NCBI GenBank assembly: GCA_010015585.1
Contig: ML975151.1
Strand: one strand, 5' to 3'
DNA: 64,000 bases
Origin: Eremomyces bilateralis CBS 781.70
Taxonomy: Eukaryota
Shown: one piece after another, positions 62,858 through 64,000 of the stretch
Layout of the letters: every line of letters begins with the position of its first letter
How positions within the stretch are numbered: the stretch's first letter is position 1
The notes under the pieces: model-generated
Database searches by the model: none
What the model was told of the DNA's origin: nothing
What the model saw: the letters and a program-made list of their open reading frames with translations, nothing else
Program-made: the position numbers and the translations under genes

Positions 62858-63258
62858 TTATCCGCCACTTTGAATCCAATCATGGAGTGATTTAATATTC
62901 GTCCGGGATAGCAAAAGAGCCGTGTTGCCGGCGCTTTGGAGCTCATCCGTGGTGCGCTTGACCTTGTCGCATGGCTCATCGGGCCGATGGCAGAATCGGT
63001 GATACGCCTTAGGGCAAGCCGCGGCACGCTTGACCTTGCCGTAGGACTCACCAGGACGATAGTAGAATCGGCTCACGTTTCCGGGTCAGGTTCGGCCTTG
63101 GCCTTGGCCTTCGCGACGGCCTCGGCGAGGGCATTGGCGGCGCGCTTGACTTTGCCGCAGGGCTCGCCGGAACGGTGGCAGAAGCGGTCGGCTTCGGCGC
63201 AGCCGTAGGCGGTGCCAACGGCGACCGCAGAGGCCAGGAGAAAAGTGATAAGCTTCAT
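62858..63258 (-). pseudogene. Alpha-factor-type mating pheromone precursor (ppgA/ccg-4-like), frameshifted or truncated
   Basis: Signal peptide MKLITFLLASAVAVGTAYG; three repeats ending in a Kex2 site: RFCHRSGEPCGKVKR, RFYYRPGESYGKVKR, RFCHRPDEPCDKVKR; xA/xP dipeptide spacers; TGA at 63073-63075 with repeats 2-3 in another frame. Confidence 0.85.
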
Positions 63259-63383
63259 GATGGTGTTCTTGGGTTCTTGAAAGAGGACCGTCTGGATCTG
63301 ATCGACTGAATGAAGAGTCTTTGGAAGAACGAAGGTGTTTGCGGGCGAAGAAAGAAAAGCAGATTGACGGTGCCGCAAAGGAC

Positions 63384-63581
63384 TTTTATACCTTTTAGGT
63401 CCGAAAAAAAGAAAGAAGAGAAGGATTCCCAGATAAAGGAAAAGATCAAGAATGATCCCCAATAGCCAGACTCGACTCGCTGCTGCTCATTCAATTCAAA
63501 TTCTCAACAAGATATCCGCAATAAAGCACAATAGCAGCAATAAAGTCTCATGCCCAAATCTTATTGAGGTTCTCCCAATAG
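63384..63581 (-). promoter_or_regulatory. Pheromone-gene promoter: TATA box and YTATTG motif cluster
   Basis: TATAAAA on the minus strand at 63384-63390; CAATAR/YTATTG at 63460, 63519, 63529, 63538, 63561 and 63576. Confidence 0.55.
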
Positions 63582-64000
63582 CGTTGCTCTCACCCAATGG
63601 GATAGAGGTGACAGGAATACTTCGTGAACTATGTACGGATCCGTTTTGCGAGTGAAGAAAGGAAGGGGTAAGTATTTCTTCTTCTTGGCCACCTTGGATG
63701 AAGGCTCAGACGGCAGAGTCAAAGGATAGCGCAACAGACCACTATAAGCGAGACCAGGGGACTTTTGGATGGCAGAAAGAGATCCGAACCGAGTTACTAG
63801 CAAAACAGGTCCCACAGCTAGATCTAACTGAAAGAAGGGCCAAATCTCGATTGTTCCAAATCTCAACTAGCGGAACACTTTTTTTCTCCCTTACTACGGC
63901 TGTGGACCAATTATGGGGGTAAGTGGTGGCATTTCGCTATTGATATCCGGATATGGATGTGAGGGGCCGATAGGGTTCAACGGAAATCTGAAGCAGTTTG

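Noticed and set aside
63010..63076. An intron (GTGAGC or GTGAGT donor) rescuing the pheromone frameshift
   Set aside because: No convincing branch site plus acceptor found that restores the frame, and the region itself encodes a recognisable repeat

Overview
Eukaryotic DNA from a filamentous ascomycete (Pezizomycotina; Eurotiomycete/Chaetothyriales-like affinity is only an inference), with short GT-AG introns and CTRAC-type branch sites. About 20 protein-coding genes are supported: presequence protease Cym1 (partial), a LaeA-like methyltransferase, Cdc6, an Erg26-like 3-beta-HSD, a ubiquitin-like-domain protein, a cation/Ca exchanger, Erd1, a TauD/Jlp1 dioxygenase, an M19 dipeptidase, ornithine aminotransferase, a Yor1-like ABCC transporter, Prp39, the Pro1/NosA-type Zn2Cys6 sexual regulator, a SAM-PH protein and several hypotheticals. 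A transposon-scarred zone (about 23.8-36.2 kb) holds a MULE relic, four solo LTRs (one nested inside another, both with intact 5-bp TSDs), a direct/inverted repeat patchwork, and an NAD(P)-binding oxidoreductase broken by a single CAG>TAG. The most notable feature, not obvious from the ORF track, is an alpha-type mating pheromone precursor at 62858-63258 (-). It is frameshifted and appears G>A-hypermutated, but keeps one intact peptide repeat and a dense cluster of putative MAT alpha-box sites upstream. I cannot support a wholly new biological system here. All family calls come from recognising motifs by eye, not from database searches.
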